Of a stretch of 64,000 bases of DNA, positions 62,183 to 64,000 are shown one piece after another (within the stretch, counting starts at the first letter, position 1; each line of letters starts with the position of its first letter). The DNA comes from Thermoplasmata archaeon (GTDB lineage Archaea; Thermoplasmatota; Thermoplasmata; Lutacidiplasmatales; UBA184). The stretch is taken from the NCBI GenBank assembly GCA_030037735.1, contig JASHQC010000056.1, positions 1,707 through 65,706 of the forward strand. The letters are read 5' to 3'. A model generated the notes under the pieces. The model worked only from the letters and a program-made list of their open reading frames with translations. It was not told the origin of the DNA and did not search any database. Position numbers and translations under genes: made by a program.

Positions 62183-62560
62183 CTAACCCGTCGGAACTAA
62201 CCGGGCAGCATCGCGGTGATGCTTCAGTCCGTACCGGAGGAACGCGAGCAGAATATAGACCGCGTCCTGGCCTCGGGGCGTCAGGGCGTACGTGACGGCC
62301 TTGCCATCACCCACACGAGCGACGAGTTGCTCCTTCTGCATCTCCTTCAAACGACGAGAGAGAACGCGAGGTGTGAGCCCTGGATTGTTGTGCAGGAACT
62401 CAGTAAAGCGTGTCAGCTTTAGGAACGCCATGTCCCGTAGGATAAGGAGCGTCCACTTCTTCCCCAGCCTTCTCACGGTCTGCCCCAAAGGATCTGCTTG
62501 GTAGACGAGTTGGGGGATTGTGCCCGAACGCAGCCCCCGCGGCCGCGAGCCCTGGGTCAT
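62183..62560 (-). CDS. HxlR-family winged-helix transcriptional regulator
   Basis: LGKKWTLLILRDM...RFTEF...PGLTPRVLSRRLKEM...Y.LTPRG. Confidence 0.92.
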   Translation of the reverse strand: MTQGSRPRGLRSGTIPQLVYQADPLGQTVRRLGKKWTLLILRDMAFLKLTRFTEFLHNNPGLTPRVLSRRLKEMQKEQLVARVGDGKAVTYALTPRGQDAVYILLAFLRYGLKHHRDAARLVPTG

Positions 62561-62591
62561 CGATATCCGCATTGTCCCTGACTGCTATATA

Positions 62592-62606
62592 ATATCCAAA
62601 GGATAT
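62592..62606. promoter_or_regulatory. Putative HxlR operator in the divergent promoter
   Basis: ATATCC-AAA-GGATAT palindrome next to a TATATAA box. Confidence 0.55.
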
Positions 62607-62631
62607 CACGCGCAAGGACGAGGTTGCTGGA

Positions 62632-63048
62632 ATGGCGAGGCCCCGCGCACCTCCAACGCCCAGGGAGGGGGGGCTTGCCTTCACCGAATTGGCCAGCGAA
62701 GACCCCCGAGCTACCCAGCGGTTCCTCGAGCAGGTGTTCGGCTGGAAGTTTCGATCGGTCGAGATGCCGATGGGGGAGTATCTCGCCTGCGAGACCCCCG
62801 ACGGTCGGGGAGGGATCCGACCGGTCCGGTCAACGGAGGCCCCGTCGAGTCTTGCGTACATCCAAGTCCGGGATCTCGAGGAGGCACGGCGTCGAGTGGA
62901 GGCCGCGGGAGCCAAGATCGTTCTCCCGCGGGTCGATGTTCCCGGCATGGGTTGCTTCCTGTGGTTCAGGGTCCCCGGAGGACCGTTAATGGCGTGCTGG
63001 CAGGACCTGCCGGCTCACGCAAGGAAGACCGAGGAGCGGGAAAGATGA
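62632..63048 (+). CDS. VOC/glyoxalase family protein
   Basis: ELASEDP...F...VFGW...YIQVRDLE...AGAKIV.P..DVPGMG. Confidence 0.9.
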   Translation: MARPRAPPTPREGGLAFTELASEDPRATQRFLEQVFGWKFRSVEMPMGEYLACETPDGRGGIRPVRSTEAPSSLAYIQVRDLEEARRRVEAAGAKIVLPRVDVPGMGCFLWFRVPGGPLMACWQDLPAHARKTEERER

Positions 63049-63401
63049 CGCAAGCCAAGGACGTGGTGTCGAAATACCAAGAGGCGATGGGAAAAGGTGA
63101 CTGGAAGGCGGCGCGGCTGCACCTCAGGGACAACCTTGAGTTCCGGGGACCGCTCGATACGTTCCACAAAGCCGACGACTACATCGCCGCCCTCCAGCGA
63201 CTGTATCCGATGGTAGAGAAGGTCGATGTGAAGCGGGTCTTCGCCGAAGGCGACGATGTCGTCGTATTGTGTGACCTTCACTTCAAGCCACCGATGCCAA
63301 CGATGTACGTGGTGGAGTGGTACGGGGTGACGGGCGACAAAATCTCCCGAGTCCAGGTGGTCTTCGACCCGAGACCGATGGCGCCCGCCCCGCCGAAATA
63401 G
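63045..63401 (+). CDS. SnoaL/NTF2-like protein
   Basis: ATGA-coupled to VOC; VVSKY..AM.KGDW...FRGP...VFAEGDDVVV...GDKI...VVFDP. Confidence 0.88.
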   Translation: MTQAKDVVSKYQEAMGKGDWKAARLHLRDNLEFRGPLDTFHKADDYIAALQRLYPMVEKVDVKRVFAEGDDVVVLCDLHFKPPMPTMYVVEWYGVTGDKISRVQVVFDPRPMAPAPPK

Positions 63402-63467
63402 AGCGACTCGTCCGCGGCGACTACCCTGGAGGCACGGGGCGGAGATTTGGGCCAGGGCCTGGAGATT

Positions 63468-63511
63468 CCAGCCGCGGGAGGGATGTGAACTAAGGGTTCA
63501 AATCCCTCCGG
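63468..63511 (+). repeat. T-arm-like palindromic repeat, copy R5 (best preserved)
   Basis: CCAGCCGCG-GGAGGGATGTGAAC-TAAGG-GTTCAAATCCCTCC-GG; 13 of 14 arm positions pair. Confidence 0.85.
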
Positions 63512-63606
63512 ACCTCACGGACGCGTGGCGCCCGAGGGGTCCCTTCTCCTCACCGTGGGTTCCGGCGCTCGTCGCGGTCCTCCATCGGCCGCGAGAGTCC
63601 TGCATG

Positions 63607-63940
63607 AAGGCTGCTAAGCGGTTCCCGCCATTCCGCTCGGGTCGCTAAGAGCCTTGGGTCGAATGGTGCTCACCTGTTCGACCGAGCGCGCGGATGCGAT
63701 TGACGGGCCTTCGTGGAGCGGCGATAATCTCGTGACATCTCGCGCGCGTAGCGTCGCCAGCGCCAACGGAGCTCGGCCTCGAGTGAGGCGCGAGCAAGCT
63801 GCTTCCCGCGGCCGGGAGCGGGCCTTCGTCGCAAGCGAAGGTCGAATCGGGTCCGACCTCCCGGTAACTCTGTAAGGTGATAGTCTAGGGTCGAGGTTCG
63901 GTAGTTGCCGATAGAATCGGCATGCCAACCGTCGGGAGGA
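63607..63940. ncRNA. Candidate structured non-coding RNA (unassigned)
   Basis: At least six stems in about 330 nt, including a GCAA tetraloop and a nested multi-stem; no convincing ORF. Confidence 0.35.
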
Positions 63941-64000
63941 TAAAGGGCAACGCGGTTCCGGCGCCAAAACCACCCGTCCTTTTCCCACCAGAGGTCCTCG

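Noticed and set aside
59005..63511. CRISPR array or canonical integron attC sites
   Set aside because: Spacing is 0.6-1.7 kb with genes between copies, and there are no cas genes. The AAC/GTT triplets face the loop rather than forming outer RYYYAAC/GTTRRRY boxes.
63430..63520. Functional tRNA gene at R5
   Set aside because: T-arm only; no D-arm, anticodon arm or matching 5' acceptor strand.
63600..63945. Group I or group II intron assignment (AAGGTGATAGTC resembles the group I S element)
   Set aside because: No convincing P/Q/R elements, no domain V and no host exons; left as an unassigned structured RNA.

Overview
GC-rich archaeal chromosome segment, most consistent with a Thermoplasmata-type euryarchaeote. 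Support: the rpl18e-rpl13-rps9-rpoN operon, PAN, CDC48/VAT, MCM, NMD3, SepF, pantoate kinase and an archaeal initiator tRNA. About 1-34 kb is mostly housekeeping: two large surface glycoproteins, an intein-containing MCM, aspS, pyrG/K/D, ClpB and a roadblock-V4R-Zn-finger cluster. About 35-59 kb is energy and accessory metabolism: malic enzyme, a tRNA-iMet with a 29-nt D-loop intron, a group 3b [NiFe]-hydrogenase operon with an unusual maturation set, a 2-oxoacid:ferredoxin oxidoreductase, a Rieske/cytochrome b/cupredoxin cluster and transporters. The most striking feature is at 59-63.5 kb. Five co-oriented ~44-bp imperfect palindromes, each built from two inverted tRNA T-arm-like half-sites, separate self-contained gene modules: a small ORF; a RelE-like toxin-antitoxin pair; a ferritin-like/Cys-rich/PDZ/adenylyl cyclase fusion; and HxlR-VOC-SnoaL. 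This resembles an integron- or pdif-like cassette array, but no recombinase gene lies in the window. A densely structured non-coding region follows the last repeat. All calls come from reading the sequence; no database searches were run.
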